Shown: piece by piece, positions 40,078 to 49,836 of the stretch | How positions within the stretch are numbered: the first letter of the stretch is position 1 | Layout of the letters: each line of letters opens with the position of its first letter | Assembly: GCA_963816185.1 (NCBI GenBank) | Contig: CAWFJJ010000024.1 | Span: 64,001 to 128,000, forward strand | Direction of reading: 5' to 3' | DNA from: Thermoanaerobaculia bacterium | GTDB lineage: Bacteria; Acidobacteriota; Thermoanaerobaculia; UBA5066 | DNA length: 64,000 bases | Translations under genes and position numbers: made by a program | Notes under the pieces: model-generated | Databases searched by the model: none | Told to the model about the DNA's origin: nothing | The model's input: only the letters and a program-made list of their open reading frames with translations

Positions 40078-43047
40078 GTGTATCAGATCGTGCGCCGCCA
40101 CCAGTTCTCAGAATCGACGTTCCTGTGGGACGTGTACGCGCCCGACGTGGCCCGTGCCGCCCGGCCGGGGCACTTCGTCATGCTGCGCTTGCGCGACGGG
40201 GGCGAGAGAATCCCCCTGACGGTGGCCGACTACGACCGCGAGTGGGGCACCGTGACGATCGTCATCCAGGCCATCGGGAAGACGACGCGCGAGATGATGG
40301 CCGCCTACCAGGAAGGCGACACGTTTCTCGACTTCGTCGGACCGCTCGGAATGCCGAGCCACGTGCACCAGGTCGGGCACGTCGTCCTCGTCGGCGGCGG
40401 CCTCGGGGTTGCGCCGGTGTTTCCCCAGCTCCGCGCCTTCAAGGAGGCCGGGAACCGCGTCACGGGAATCATCGGCTTCCGCTCGAAGGACCTCGTGTTC
40501 TGGGAGGACCGGTTCCAGAAGCAGTGCGACGACCTGATCGTCTGCACCGACGACGGGACCTACGGCCGGCCGGGATTCGTCACGGCCGCGCTCGAGGACG
40601 TCCTCTCGAAGGAGAAGGTCGACGAGGTCGTGGCGATCGGCCCCCTCCCGATGATGCGCGCCTGCGCGGAGGTCACGCGCCCGCGCGGCGTGCCGACGGC
40701 CGTGAGCCTGAACGCGATCATGGTGGACGGCACCGGGATGTGCGGCTCGTGCCGGGTCTCGGTGGACGGCGCGATCAAGTTCGCGTGCGTGGAGGGACCC
40801 GACTTCAACGCGCACAAGATCGACTTCGACGAGCTCATGCTGCGCCAGCAGCGCTTCAAGGCGCAGGAGACGCGCGCGAACGAGGACTTCGCACACACGT
40901 GCAAGATCGAGAAGGTTCTCTTCGAGGACGCGAAGCGCAACTACAAGAAGCTGAAGGACGTGGCGCCGCATGCCACGAAGATGGCCGAGCGGAACGCCGA
41001 AGAGCGCGCGCACAATTTTCTCGAGGTGAACCTCGGCTACACGATCGCCGACGCGCTCACGGAGGCCGAGCGCTGCATCCAGTGCCTGAGGCCCACCTGC
41101 GTCCAGGGCTGCCCGGTCGCCATCGACATCCCGCGCTTCATCCGGCACCTTCTCGTCCGCGACATCGCGGGCGCCGCGTCGGTCATTCGGGAGAACAACC
41201 ACTTCCCGTCCGTGTGCGGCCGCGTCTGCCCGCAGGAGAGCCAGTGCGAGGTGCAGTGCATCCTCGTCAAGAAGATGGAGCCGGTCGCCATCGGCCGGCT
41301 CGAGCGCTTCGTCGGCGACCATGCGCCCGTCACCGCGCCGCCCCCGCGCCCGGCGGAACCGATCGGCAAGGTCGCGGTCGTGGGGTCCGGCCCCGCGGGC
41401 CTCGCGTGCGCGGGCGACCTCGCGCGCGACGGCGCCCAGGTCACGATCTTCGAGGCGCTGCACGTCATCGGGGGAGTCCTGCGCTACGGGATTCCGTCCT
41501 TCCGCCTGCCGCGCAACATCATCGACCGTGAAGTGAAGCAGCTCGAGGACATGGGCGTCCGCTTCGAGACGAACAAGGTCATCGGCAAGACATTCACGAT
41601 CCCCGAGCTCCTCAAAGAGCACGGCTTCGACGCCGTCTTCGTCGGGACCGGGGCGGGCGCTCCGGCCTTTCTCGGCATTCCGGGCGAGTTCGCCGGCCAG
41701 GTCTACAGCGCGAACGAGTTCCTCACGCGCGTGAACCTCATGGGGGGCGACAAGTTCCCCTACGAGGACACGCCGGTAACGCTCGGCCGCAGCATCGTCG
41801 TCATCGGCGCGGGCAACACGGCAATGGACTGCCTGCGCGTCTCCAAGCGCCTCGGAGCCGAGCTGGTCCGCTGCGTCTACCGCCGCACGAAGGCGGAAGC
41901 CCCCGCACGCGTCGAAGAGCTTCGCCACGCCGAGGAAGAAGGCATCACGTTCCACTGGCTGCGCGGCCCGACCGAGATCGTCACCGACGACAAGGGCGGC
42001 GTGAAGGCCCTCGTCTGCCAGAAGATGGAGCTGGGCCCACCGGACGCTTCCGGCCGCCGGCGCCCCGTCCCCGTCCCAGGCGAGACGGAGACTTTCGAGT
42101 GCGACACCGTCATCTACGCGCTCGGTACGCGCGCGAACCCGGTCATCGCGCGGTCCACGCCGGGCCTCGACATCCGCGGCGAGGGATACATCAACGTCGA
42201 CGAGACGACGCAGGCCGCGAACCTGCCGGGCATCTTCGCGGGCGGCGATATCGTCTCGGGCGCCGCCACCGTGATCCTCGCGCTCGGCGCCGGCCGAAGA
42301 GCGGCCCGTGCGATCACGTCGTACCTGAAGAACCGCGTCTGGCCTCCCGAAGTGCGCGCGGAGTCGAAGATCCCGGCCGTCACGGCGCCCGCCGAGTCCG
42401 TGTGCAAGAGGTGCAGGCGCCCGATCGAGGCGGGCGAGGATTACGTCTGCTGCGCGGGCGAGCGCCGCGCATTCCAGTGCACTTCATGTCTCAAGGTCTC
42501 TGAGGGTTTCGCGTTCCCGTACGGTCTGTGCCCGATCTGCGGCGGCGCGTTCGCGCCCCGCGAGGAGGTCTCGACCCCGGAAGGCGCTCTCGCCGAGGCC
42601 GTGCGGCGCGCCTACGAGATCGAGATCGGCGGAGTCCTCTTCTACGCCCGCGGGGCGGAGGAGATGGCGCGGGCCGGAGGCGACCCCGAGGTCGTCGAGC
42701 TCTTCAATCGGCTCTCTGGCATGGAGCGCGAGCACATGGAGCTGCTCGCGCGGCGCTATCACCTCGAGGCGCCGGATCTTTCGGGGAAGGGGCCGTCCCC
42801 CTCGCAGCTCGCCGTCTTCTCGGGTGTCGAGACCTCGAAGGACGCCGACGCCGTCGCGCTGCTGCGCCTCGCCGTCCATCTCGAGAAACGGGCAGGCCGG
42901 TTCTTCCTCGAGACCGGGCGGTCGTTCTCCGAGGCCTCGCCCGAGTGGCGGCTCTACCGCGAGCTGGAGGCCGAGGAGCGCGAGCACGCCGAGCTCCTCG
43001 AGGGGGCCGCAATGAGGCTCAAGGCGGGGCGCCCGCTCGTGATCTGA
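40078..43047 (+). CDS. Fused NfnA-NfnB (SudB-SudA/GltD-like) flavoprotein with C-terminal Cys-rich and ferritin/rubrerythrin-like domains
   Basis: GERIPLT, DGTGMCGSCRV..CVEGP; RCIQC..C..GCP, CGRVCPQESQC, GSGPAG, GAGNTAMD, YRR, AGGDI; CKRC, CC, CTSC, CPIC; two EREH motifs. Start GTG 40078 (MYQIV) or ATG 40027. Confidence 0.88.
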   Translation: MYQIVRRHQFSESTFLWDVYAPDVARAARPGHFVMLRLRDGGERIPLTVADYDREWGTVTIVIQAIGKTTREMMAAYQEGDTFLDFVGPLGMPSHVHQVGHVVLVGGGLGVAPVFPQLRAFKEAGNRVTGIIGFRSKDLVFWEDRFQKQCDDLIVCTDDGTYGRPGFVTAALEDVLSKEKVDEVVAIGPLPMMRACAEVTRPRGVPTAVSLNAIMVDGTGMCGSCRVSVDGAIKFACVEGPDFNAHKIDFDELMLRQQRFKAQETRANEDFAHTCKIEKVLFEDAKRNYKKLKDVAPHATKMAERNAEERAHNFLEVNLGYTIADALTEAERCIQCLRPTCVQGCPVAIDIPRFIRHLLVRDIAGAASVIRENNHFPSVCGRVCPQESQCEVQCILVKKMEPVAIGRLERFVGDHAPVTAPPPRPAEPIGKVAVVGSGPAGLACAGDLARDGAQVTIFEALHVIGGVLRYGIPSFRLPRNIIDREVKQLEDMGVRFETNKVIGKTFTIPELLKEHGFDAVFVGTGAGAPAFLGIPGEFAGQVYSANEFLTRVNLMGGDKFPYEDTPVTLGRSIVVIGAGNTAMDCLRVSKRLGAELVRCVYRRTKAEAPARVEELRHAEEEGITFHWLRGPTEIVTDDKGGVKALVCQKMELGPPDASGRRRPVPVPGETETFECDTVIYALGTRANPVIARSTPGLDIRGEGYINVDETTQAANLPGIFAGGDIVSGAATVILALGAGRRAARAITSYLKNRVWPPEVRAESKIPAVTAPAESVCKRCRRPIEAGEDYVCCAGERRAFQCTSCLKVSEGFAFPYGLCPICGGAFAPREEVSTPEGALAEAVRRAYEIEIGGVLFYARGAEEMARAGGDPEVVELFNRLSGMEREHMELLARRYHLEAPDLSGKGPSPSQLAVFSGVETSKDADAVALLRLAVHLEKRAGRFFLETGRSFSEASPEWRLYRELEAEEREHAELLEGAAMRLKAGRPLVI

Positions 43048-43066
43048 GCGACGCGAGGCTCGGGCG

Positions 43067-44467
43067 TCAGTACGCGTTCTTGTGGGTGAATCCCCACTTG
43101 AGCGTGAGCCACAGGATCTTCACGTCGAGGCCGACCGACCAGTTCTCGATGTAGTAGAGGTCGTACTCGATCCGCTTGCTGAGGCTCGTGTTGCCGCGCC
43201 AGCCGTGGACCTGCGCCCAGCCCGTGATGCCCGCGCGTACGCGGTGGCGCAGCATGTATTGCGGGAGCTTCTCCTTGAAAGTGCTGACGAACTCGGGGCG
43301 CTCGGGGCGCGGCCCCACGAGGGACATCTCGCCCTTGAACACGTTGATGAGCTGCGGCAGCTCGTCGAGCGACGTCCGGCGCAGGAGGGTGCCCACCCAC
43401 GTGCGGCGCGGGTCGTTCTCCTCGGTCCAGCGAGCCCCTTCGTCCTCGGCATCGACGCGCATCGAGCGGAACTTGAGCATCCGGAAGAGCCGTCCGTCGA
43501 GGCCCATGCGCTCCTGCGCGTAGAAGATCGGCCCGCGATCCTCGAGCCAGATCGCGAGCGCGAGGATCGGGAAGAGAACGGCGAGCGCGACGAGGCCGAG
43601 CGCCGAGAGCGCGACGTCCATCGTGCGCTTCACGAGGGAGTTCCAGCCTTCGAGCGGCATCTGCGTCAGGTTGATGACGGGCAGCCCGTCGAAATCCTCG
43701 ACGCCGGCCTTGAACGTGACGTACTGGAAGAGGTCCGGCACGACCTTGAGGTCGACGATCTGGTTGCCGACCTCCTTGAGGATCGTGAGCATCGTGCGGT
43801 ACGCCTCGACGGGCAGCGCCAGGAACACCGTGTCGACTTCGTGCGCGCGGATGAGCGCCGTGACCTCCGAGGTCGTCCCGAGGACGGCGAGGCCGCGATA
43901 ATCCTCGACGCGCTTGAGCGGGTCGTCGTCGGCGAAGCCTACGGGCTTCAGGCCCGTCGCGGGGTGGTCGAGCAGCTTGTCGGCCAGCGCGCGGCCCGCG
44001 TGCCCCGCACCCACGATGAGCGTCCGCCGCACACCGGTGCCCGTGGACCACATCGTTTCGAGGTACTTGCGGATGCCGTAGCGCACGAGCGACACGAAGG
44101 AGACGTCCAGGAAGAGGAACAGGACGAGAAGCTGGCGGCTCGTGTACGTGAACCCACGCCAGAAAGAAAGGAGGCCCACGAGGAGGATCGTCCCGAGGGA
44201 CGCAGCCACGATCACGGCGAGCATGTCGTCGATCGTCGAGCGGTCGCGCCGGATCTGGTACAGCCGGTGGAAGTAGAAGACCACCGGCCAGATGACGACG
44301 AGGATCGGGATGAGCGGGGCGTAGTTCTCGAAAGGCTGCGCGCCCTTCGGAGTCGGCCACACCGACTCGAAGCGGATGAGCCACGCCGCGCCCAGCGCGA
44401 GCACGGTCGCGAGGACGTCGGCGGCCACGAACAGGGCCTGGAGGCGGCGGGTCTGGCGGCGGATCAC
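43067..44467 (-). CDS. Undecaprenyl-phosphate glucose phosphotransferase (WcaJ family priming transferase)
   Basis: N-terminal TMs; KRTMD, KFRSM, RRTSLDELPQL.NV.KGEMSLVGPRPE, GITGWAQV, DLYYIENWS. Confidence 0.93.
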   Translation of the reverse strand: MIRRQTRRLQALFVAADVLATVLALGAAWLIRFESVWPTPKGAQPFENYAPLIPILVVIWPVVFYFHRLYQIRRDRSTIDDMLAVIVAASLGTILLVGLLSFWRGFTYTSRQLLVLFLFLDVSFVSLVRYGIRKYLETMWSTGTGVRRTLIVGAGHAGRALADKLLDHPATGLKPVGFADDDPLKRVEDYRGLAVLGTTSEVTALIRAHEVDTVFLALPVEAYRTMLTILKEVGNQIVDLKVVPDLFQYVTFKAGVEDFDGLPVINLTQMPLEGWNSLVKRTMDVALSALGLVALAVLFPILALAIWLEDRGPIFYAQERMGLDGRLFRMLKFRSMRVDAEDEGARWTEENDPRRTWVGTLLRRTSLDELPQLINVFKGEMSLVGPRPERPEFVSTFKEKLPQYMLRHRVRAGITGWAQVHGWRGNTSLSKRIEYDLYYIENWSVGLDVKILWLTLKWGFTHKNAY

Positions 44468-45576
44468 AAAGACTCCGGACGGGGGATTCTAGCGTCCCGC
44501 GCCTTCTCGAGGGCGGCGCGGAAGCGGGCCTGGAAGACGTCCCGCGAGAAACGGGCGGCGTTGCGAGGCAGAGCCGCGGAGTCGAGCGTGAGGCCGAGGA
44601 GGCGGTCGAGCGCCGCGAGCAGGCCCGCGGCTCCCGGTTTGGCGTACAGGACGCCCGTCTCGCCGTCCCGCACCGTCTCGGTCGCCCCCCCGAGTCCGAG
44701 CGCGACGACCGGCGTGCCGCAGGCCTGCGCCTCCAGCGGCACGATGCCGAAATCCTCCTCGCCCGGCATCAGTACGGCCTCCGAGGCGCGGTACAGGTCG
44801 CGCAACATCTCGTCATTGGGAGTGTCGACAAATCGGATCGTCTCACCGGCCCGCTTCGCGAGGCGGGAGCGCTCAGGCCCGAACCCCGCGATCGTGAGGG
44901 GCAACCTACCGGCGTTCGCGGCGTCGATGGCGTCGTCGAGCCTCTTGTACGGGGCGAGCGCCGACACGACGAGGAAGCCGCGCCGGGGCGTTCCGGGAGG
45001 CGGCGGCGTGTAGAACTCCGTGTCGGCGGGTGGAAATACGACGGCCGCCTCGCGCCCCCACAGCCTGGCGATACGGCCTTTCACGTTCTCCGAATTCGCG
45101 AGAAAGGCGTCCACGCGGGGCATGGTCGAGCGGTCCCAGGCGCGAAGCGGGGTGCGCACGAGACGCGCCGCCGCCCGGGTCGCCGCGGAACGGTTCCGAA
45201 AGTAGTCGTCGAACTGGTCGTGCAGGTATCGCACGGGCGTGTGGCAGTAGCAGAGGTGGAAGGCTCCCGGTGCTTTCTTCGCGTTCTTGGCGACGCAGTG
45301 GGAGGACGAGATCACGAGGTCGAACCCGGAAAAGTCCCATGTCTCCGCGGCGACGAAGAAGAGAGGGAGGAGCTTCCGATAGTCGGCGCGCGGCGAGACG
45401 AGCTTCTGCAGGAACGTCGTCCGGATTTCCGCGGCCTCGATTTCGGGAGGCTGCGAGCCTGGGAAATGGAAGAGCGTGAAGACGGGCGCGCCCGGAAACA
45501 TCCGGACCAGCTCCAGCAGCACCTTCTCGCCGCCGCGCGTGCCCGTCAGCCAGTCGTGGACGAGGGCGACCCTCAC
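44464..45576 (-). CDS. Glycosyltransferase family 4
   Basis: VALVHDWLTG.RGGEKV, CYCHTP.RY, EEDFGIVPLEAQACGTPV. Confidence 0.9.
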   Translation of the reverse strand: MRVALVHDWLTGTRGGEKVLLELVRMFPGAPVFTLFHFPGSQPPEIEAAEIRTTFLQKLVSPRADYRKLLPLFFVAAETWDFSGFDLVISSSHCVAKNAKKAPGAFHLCYCHTPVRYLHDQFDDYFRNRSAATRAAARLVRTPLRAWDRSTMPRVDAFLANSENVKGRIARLWGREAAVVFPPADTEFYTPPPPGTPRRGFLVVSALAPYKRLDDAIDAANAGRLPLTIAGFGPERSRLAKRAGETIRFVDTPNDEMLRDLYRASEAVLMPGEEDFGIVPLEAQACGTPVVALGLGGATETVRDGETGVLYAKPGAAGLLAALDRLLGLTLDSAALPRNAARFSRDVFQARFRAALEKARDARIPRPESL

Positions 45577-46832
45577 TAGGAGGAATCCTTTGCTCCCTCT
45601 CGTGTCGAGTCGTGGCCCGGCTCATGAGAGGATGACATTTCTTCGAATGGGTGTGCGTTCGACACGCCCTCGAGTTGCACCGAGGCGGCACCCGCCGCCG
45701 TGACTCCACTCACCCCTCTAAGAAGATCTTCATACACCCTCGCGGTTCGCTCCGCCGCGCGCCGCCAAGTGAATTGCGCTGCCCGCTCCCGTCCCCTCTT
45801 TCTAAGAGATTCTCTCTTCTCTTCATCCCCGAGCAGCGCGTTCAGGGCTGTCGCGAGGGACGCGACGTCGTGCGGATCGAAGAACACCGCCGCGTCGCCC
45901 GCAGCCTCGCGGAGGGCGGGGAGGTCCGAGCACGCGACGGGCGTGCCTGCCGCCTGCGCCTCGAGGACCGGCAGCCCGAAGCCTTCCGCAAACGAGGGCA
46001 GAACGAGCGCTCGCGCGCCCGCGAGGAGCGGCGGCACGTCGGCGTCCGGCACGAAGCCGATGACCTTTGCGCCCTCGGGCAGCGTCCGCCCGGGTCCGAC
46101 ACCCGCGAGGACGAGAGAGAGCGATGGATTCGCCGCGCGCACGCGTGGCCACGCGAGAAGCAACCCGTCGAGGTTCTTGTGCGGTTTGTCGTTGCCGAGA
46201 AAGAGAAGATAAGGAAGATAAGAACGAAGATAAGGAGAAGATTCTTTGAAAGGAAGAACGGAAGACTGCACCTCGGCCACACGACGCGCGCCGGCGCTGC
46301 TTTCTTCCCCTTCTAAGAAGAATCTCTCCTCCACTCCATTTGGAATTACTTCGATCTTGAGGTTACGAGAGGGTCCGAAAGCAAGAATTTCCTTCTTCGT
46401 GGCTTCCGACACCGCGATCACTCGAGCGGAGAGGCGCAATGCGCGGCCGATCATCCAGCGCGCGTACACGCGCTTCGCTCTCGCCGCGTGCTCGGGCCGG
46501 GAAAGGTGCATGAGGTCGTGGATCGTGACGACCGTCGCGCGCGGCGGAAAGAGTGGAACGACGTAGTGCGGAGCATGGAAGAGGTCCGGCCGTGCTACAG
46601 AGATCGCCTGCCTGACCGCCACGAGCTCGCCGATCGAGTAATGTGCGGCCGCGCACGTCGTCGTCGTCACGGCTGCGGGCACGAGCGCCTCGTCGCCCGG
46701 AAGAACGAGCGCTTGGAGTTCGAAACGGTCCAGTCCCGCGAGGCCGCCGAGAAGGCCCCGGATATACGTGCCGATCCCGAAGTCGCGCGCCTTGCGCGCG
46801 TCCACGAGGATGAGCTTCCTTCGCTCCGTCAC
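45576..46832 (-). CDS. Glycosyltransferase family 4 with an internal insertion and C-terminal extension
   Basis: GTGA overlap; GIGTY, TIHDL, KPHKNL, PSFAEGFGLPVLEAQAAGTPV. Confidence 0.88.
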   Translation of the reverse strand: MTERRKLILVDARKARDFGIGTYIRGLLGGLAGLDRFELQALVLPGDEALVPAAVTTTTCAAAHYSIGELVAVRQAISVARPDLFHAPHYVVPLFPPRATVVTIHDLMHLSRPEHAARAKRVYARWMIGRALRLSARVIAVSEATKKEILAFGPSRNLKIEVIPNGVEERFFLEGEESSAGARRVAEVQSSVLPFKESSPYLRSYLPYLLFLGNDKPHKNLDGLLLAWPRVRAANPSLSLVLAGVGPGRTLPEGAKVIGFVPDADVPPLLAGARALVLPSFAEGFGLPVLEAQAAGTPVACSDLPALREAAGDAAVFFDPHDVASLATALNALLGDEEKRESLRKRGRERAAQFTWRRAAERTARVYEDLLRGVSGVTAAGAASVQLEGVSNAHPFEEMSSSHEPGHDSTREGAKDSS

Positions 46833-47914
46833 GAGAGCGCCTCGACGAACAGGGCGCGTGTTTTCGCCGCTGCGGCCGCCCACGTGAAGGTCCGCGCGCG
46901 TCGTGGGCCTTCCTTCGCCGCGTGGCGCCGGAAATCGTCGTCGTCGTTCGCCTTTTCCATCGCGGCCGCGATCTCGGGGACGTTCGCCGGATCGGGCAGG
47001 AGGCCGGCGTCGCCCATCACCTCCGGCAGCGACGACGCCGACGAGCCCACGACGGGCGTGCCCTGAGCCATCGCCTCGAGGGGCGGCAGGCCGAAGCCCT
47101 CGTAAAGGCTCGGATACGCGAAGACGCGCGCGCCTGCGAGCCAGCGCGCTCGCTCGCCGGAGCCGAGATACCCGAGACGCGCGACGCGCGCGGCATGGCG
47201 CGAGCAGGCGAGGCGTTCGGAGAACCCTTCCATCCCCCACCCGTCCCCGCCCGCGAGGACGAGGTCGGGAAAGTCCGGGCGGCGATCCCAGATCGACTCC
47301 ATCGCCGCGACGAGCCGCGCGATGTTCTTGCGCGGCTCGAGCGTTCCCACGTAAAGGACATAGGGCTTGCCACCGTGCGGCGCCGGGCCGGGAGCGGCCG
47401 GAGTCTCGGCCTCGACGCCGTTGTGCACGACGACCGTCTTCGGGGCGGCATCGGGGAACGCGGCGACGAGGTCGCGGCGCGTGGCGTCGGACACGGCGGC
47501 GATGCGCCGCGCGCGGCGGACGGTCGCGCCGATGAAGGGATTGAAACCAAGACGATTCTTCCGCGAGTGCCACTCGGGAAACAGAAACGGCGTGAGGTCG
47601 TGCACGGTCGCGACGCCCGGCAGTGAAGAAAAGAGGGGCAGGATGCCGAGGCTCCCGAAGAACGCGTCGGCGCCGGCTCGCCGGGCGACCCGCGCGGAGT
47701 CGACCTGCAGCCAGACCGTCCCGGGCAGCGGGGGAGAGCCCGCGACCTCCACGCGACCGGCGAGGCGCGCCGGCACGTGGACCCTGCGCGGCGAGAGCAG
47801 GACGAAAGAGTCCGAAGGCGTCTGGTCGAGCCAGGCGGAAAGGAGTCCTTCGAGATAGCGGCCGACGCCGGTCGGACGCTCCTCGAGCGGGCGCGCGTCG
47901 ACGGCGAGGCGCAT
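46829..47914 (-). CDS. Glycosyltransferase family 4
   Basis: TGVGRY, TVHDL, VGTLEPRKN, YPSLYEGFGLPPLEAMAQGTPV. Confidence 0.9.
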   Translation of the reverse strand: MRLAVDARPLEERPTGVGRYLEGLLSAWLDQTPSDSFVLLSPRRVHVPARLAGRVEVAGSPPLPGTVWLQVDSARVARRAGADAFFGSLGILPLFSSLPGVATVHDLTPFLFPEWHSRKNRLGFNPFIGATVRRARRIAAVSDATRRDLVAAFPDAAPKTVVVHNGVEAETPAAPGPAPHGGKPYVLYVGTLEPRKNIARLVAAMESIWDRRPDFPDLVLAGGDGWGMEGFSERLACSRHAARVARLGYLGSGERARWLAGARVFAYPSLYEGFGLPPLEAMAQGTPVVGSSASSLPEVMGDAGLLPDPANVPEIAAAMEKANDDDDFRRHAAKEGPRRARTFTWAAAAAKTRALFVEALS

Positions 47915-47967
47915 GCTTTCCATGTTATATTCCGCGGCTCCTCTTCGTTGCGGAGGAGCCTTTTCCC

Positions 47968-48552
47968 ATGGACCTGAACCTCGAAGCGGCTTTCGACGAG
48001 CCGGTTGATCTTTCTCATCAGTTCGACTTTCCGGCCGGGAGCCTGGCCCGCCCCGAGCTCGTGTCGCTCTCACCCGTGGATTTCACGGGTCGCCTCGAGC
48101 GCCAGGGGCCCGGCTTCGTCCTGAACGGCCGCGTCGTCTTCGACGGCGTCACATCGTGCGCGCGCTGCCTCGCCCCCGTCTCGTTCCGCCGTGCGAGCGA
48201 GGCGTTCTGGGTCTTTGCGCCGGCTCACGAAAAGCCGCGCGAGGGCAAGCCCGTCCCCAGGGCGGACCGGACCGAGAAGCGCGCGAAGCGCGAGGGGGAC
48301 GCGGAGGACGGCCTCGAGCTTAAGCCGGAGGATCTCGACGTCCTGTACTACGACGACCTCGTCGTCCCCTTCGACCCTCTCGTCGAAGAGCAGGTGCAGC
48401 TCGAGCTTCCCCTGAAGGCGCTCTGCCGGGACGACTGCCGCGGACTCTGTCCGATGTGCGGCGCCGACCGGAATGTCGCGCCGTGCGTCTGCAAGCCTCC
48501 GACGGACGAGCGCTGGAAATCGCTTCGAACGCTCCTCGAGCCCGGGAGCTGA
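47968..48552 (+). CDS. yceD: YceD/DUF177 family protein
   Basis: CARCL, LC..DCRGLCP.CG..N...C.C, DERW..L; directly upstream of rpmF. Confidence 0.9.
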   Translation: MDLNLEAAFDEPVDLSHQFDFPAGSLARPELVSLSPVDFTGRLERQGPGFVLNGRVVFDGVTSCARCLAPVSFRRASEAFWVFAPAHEKPREGKPVPRADRTEKRAKREGDAEDGLELKPEDLDVLYYDDLVVPFDPLVEEQVQLELPLKALCRDDCRGLCPMCGADRNVAPCVCKPPTDERWKSLRTLLEPGS

Positions 48553-48607
48553 CTCAAGACCTTTTTCGTCCTCGCCGCCGCGCGTCGGACCGTCACAGGA
48601 GACCGCC

Positions 48608-48793
48608 ATGCCGAATCCAAAGCACCGCCACAGCAAGACGCGCCGCGACCTGCGCCGCGCCCACGATTTCCTGAAGCCCAAGCAGACCTCGAACTGCCCG
48701 AATTGCGGCACGGAGAAGCTGCCGCACCGGGTGTGCCCGTCCTGCGGTCACTACAAGGGCCGGGAAGTCATGAGCGGAGCCGAGAAGGCCTGA
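48608..48793 (+). CDS. rpmF: 50S ribosomal protein L32 (Zn-ribbon type)
   Basis: MPNPKHRHSKTRRD.RR, CPNC..PHRVCPSCG.Y.G. Confidence 0.95.
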   Translation: MPNPKHRHSKTRRDLRRAHDFLKPKQTSNCPNCGTEKLPHRVCPSCGHYKGREVMSGAEKA

Positions 48794-48794
48794 C

Positions 48795-49805
48795 TTGACG
48801 ATCGCCGTCGACGCCATGGGGGGCGACCACGCCCCTCGCGTCAACGTGGAGGGCGCGGTCGCGGCGGCCGTGGATTTCGGTCTGGACACGCTCCTCGTCG
48901 GCCGGCGACGGGAGATCGAGTCCGAGCTCCGCAAGATCGCGTACAACGGCAGCCGTGTGGGCGTCGTCGATGCGGACGAGGTCGTCCTCTTCGACGAGCC
49001 CTCGATCACCCCCATTCGTAAGAAGCGCCGCGCGTCCATCCGGATCGCGGCCGAATGCGTGCGGGACGGACGCGCGAAGGGCATGTTCACCGCGGGGCAC
49101 ACGGGCGCCGGCATGGTCGTCGCCAAGATGATCATGGGCGTCGTCGAGGGAATCGACCGACCGGCCCTCGCGACGGTGCTGCCCGGGCTCGACCGCAAAC
49201 GCGTCCTCCTCGACGTCGGGGCGAACCTGACCTGCCGGCCGGAGCACTACCGCGAGTTCGCCATCATGGGCCACTTCTACGCGCAGGAAGTTCTCGGCAT
49301 CGAGAAGCCGAAAATCGGCCTGATGTCCGTGGGCGAGGAGGAAGGCAAAGGCACGGACACCGTGAAGGAGGTCTTCCGCCTCCTGAAAGAGTCCGGATTG
49401 CGCTTCATCGGCAACGTCGAGGGCCGCGACGTTTACGACGGCGACGTGGACGTCATCGTGACGGACGGGTTCACGGGCAACGTCATCCTCAAGGTCTCCG
49501 AGAGCCTCGCGCACCTCGTCGAGGAAGCCCTCAAGCAGGAGATCACGCGAAGCCTCCAGGCCTCGATGGGCTTTCTTCTCTCCAAGGACGCATTCCGGTC
49601 GTTCAAGAAGCGCCTCGACTACAGCGAGTACGGCGGCGCGCCGCTCCTCGGCGTGAACGGGGCGTGTCTGATCGGGCATGGACGCTCGAACGCGAAAGCG
49701 GTGCGTAACGCCATCCGCGCGGCGGACGATTTCGTGCGGCGTGGAATTCCAGAGAAAATCCGCGAGCGGGCGATCTTGTTCGCACCCCCCTCGCTCTCCC
49801 GGTAA
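48795..49805 (+). CDS. plsX: Phosphate acyltransferase
   Basis: IAVDAMGGDHAP, GIDRPAL, LDVGAN, FIGNVEG, DGFTGN, YGGAPLLG, HGRS. Confidence 0.95.
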   Translation: MTIAVDAMGGDHAPRVNVEGAVAAAVDFGLDTLLVGRRREIESELRKIAYNGSRVGVVDADEVVLFDEPSITPIRKKRRASIRIAAECVRDGRAKGMFTAGHTGAGMVVAKMIMGVVEGIDRPALATVLPGLDRKRVLLDVGANLTCRPEHYREFAIMGHFYAQEVLGIEKPKIGLMSVGEEEGKGTDTVKEVFRLLKESGLRFIGNVEGRDVYDGDVDVIVTDGFTGNVILKVSESLAHLVEEALKQEITRSLQASMGFLLSKDAFRSFKKRLDYSEYGGAPLLGVNGACLIGHGRSNAKAVRNAIRAADDFVRRGIPEKIRERAILFAPPSLSR

Positions 49806-49836
49806 CATCCCGGGCTCACGTTCGCACGGAGGAACG

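Noticed and set aside
46239-46325. Inverted motif pairs as MITE terminal repeats
   Set aside because: Interiors are unrelated between pairs, no target duplications were seen, and one pair flanks conserved enzyme sequence (6282-6387).
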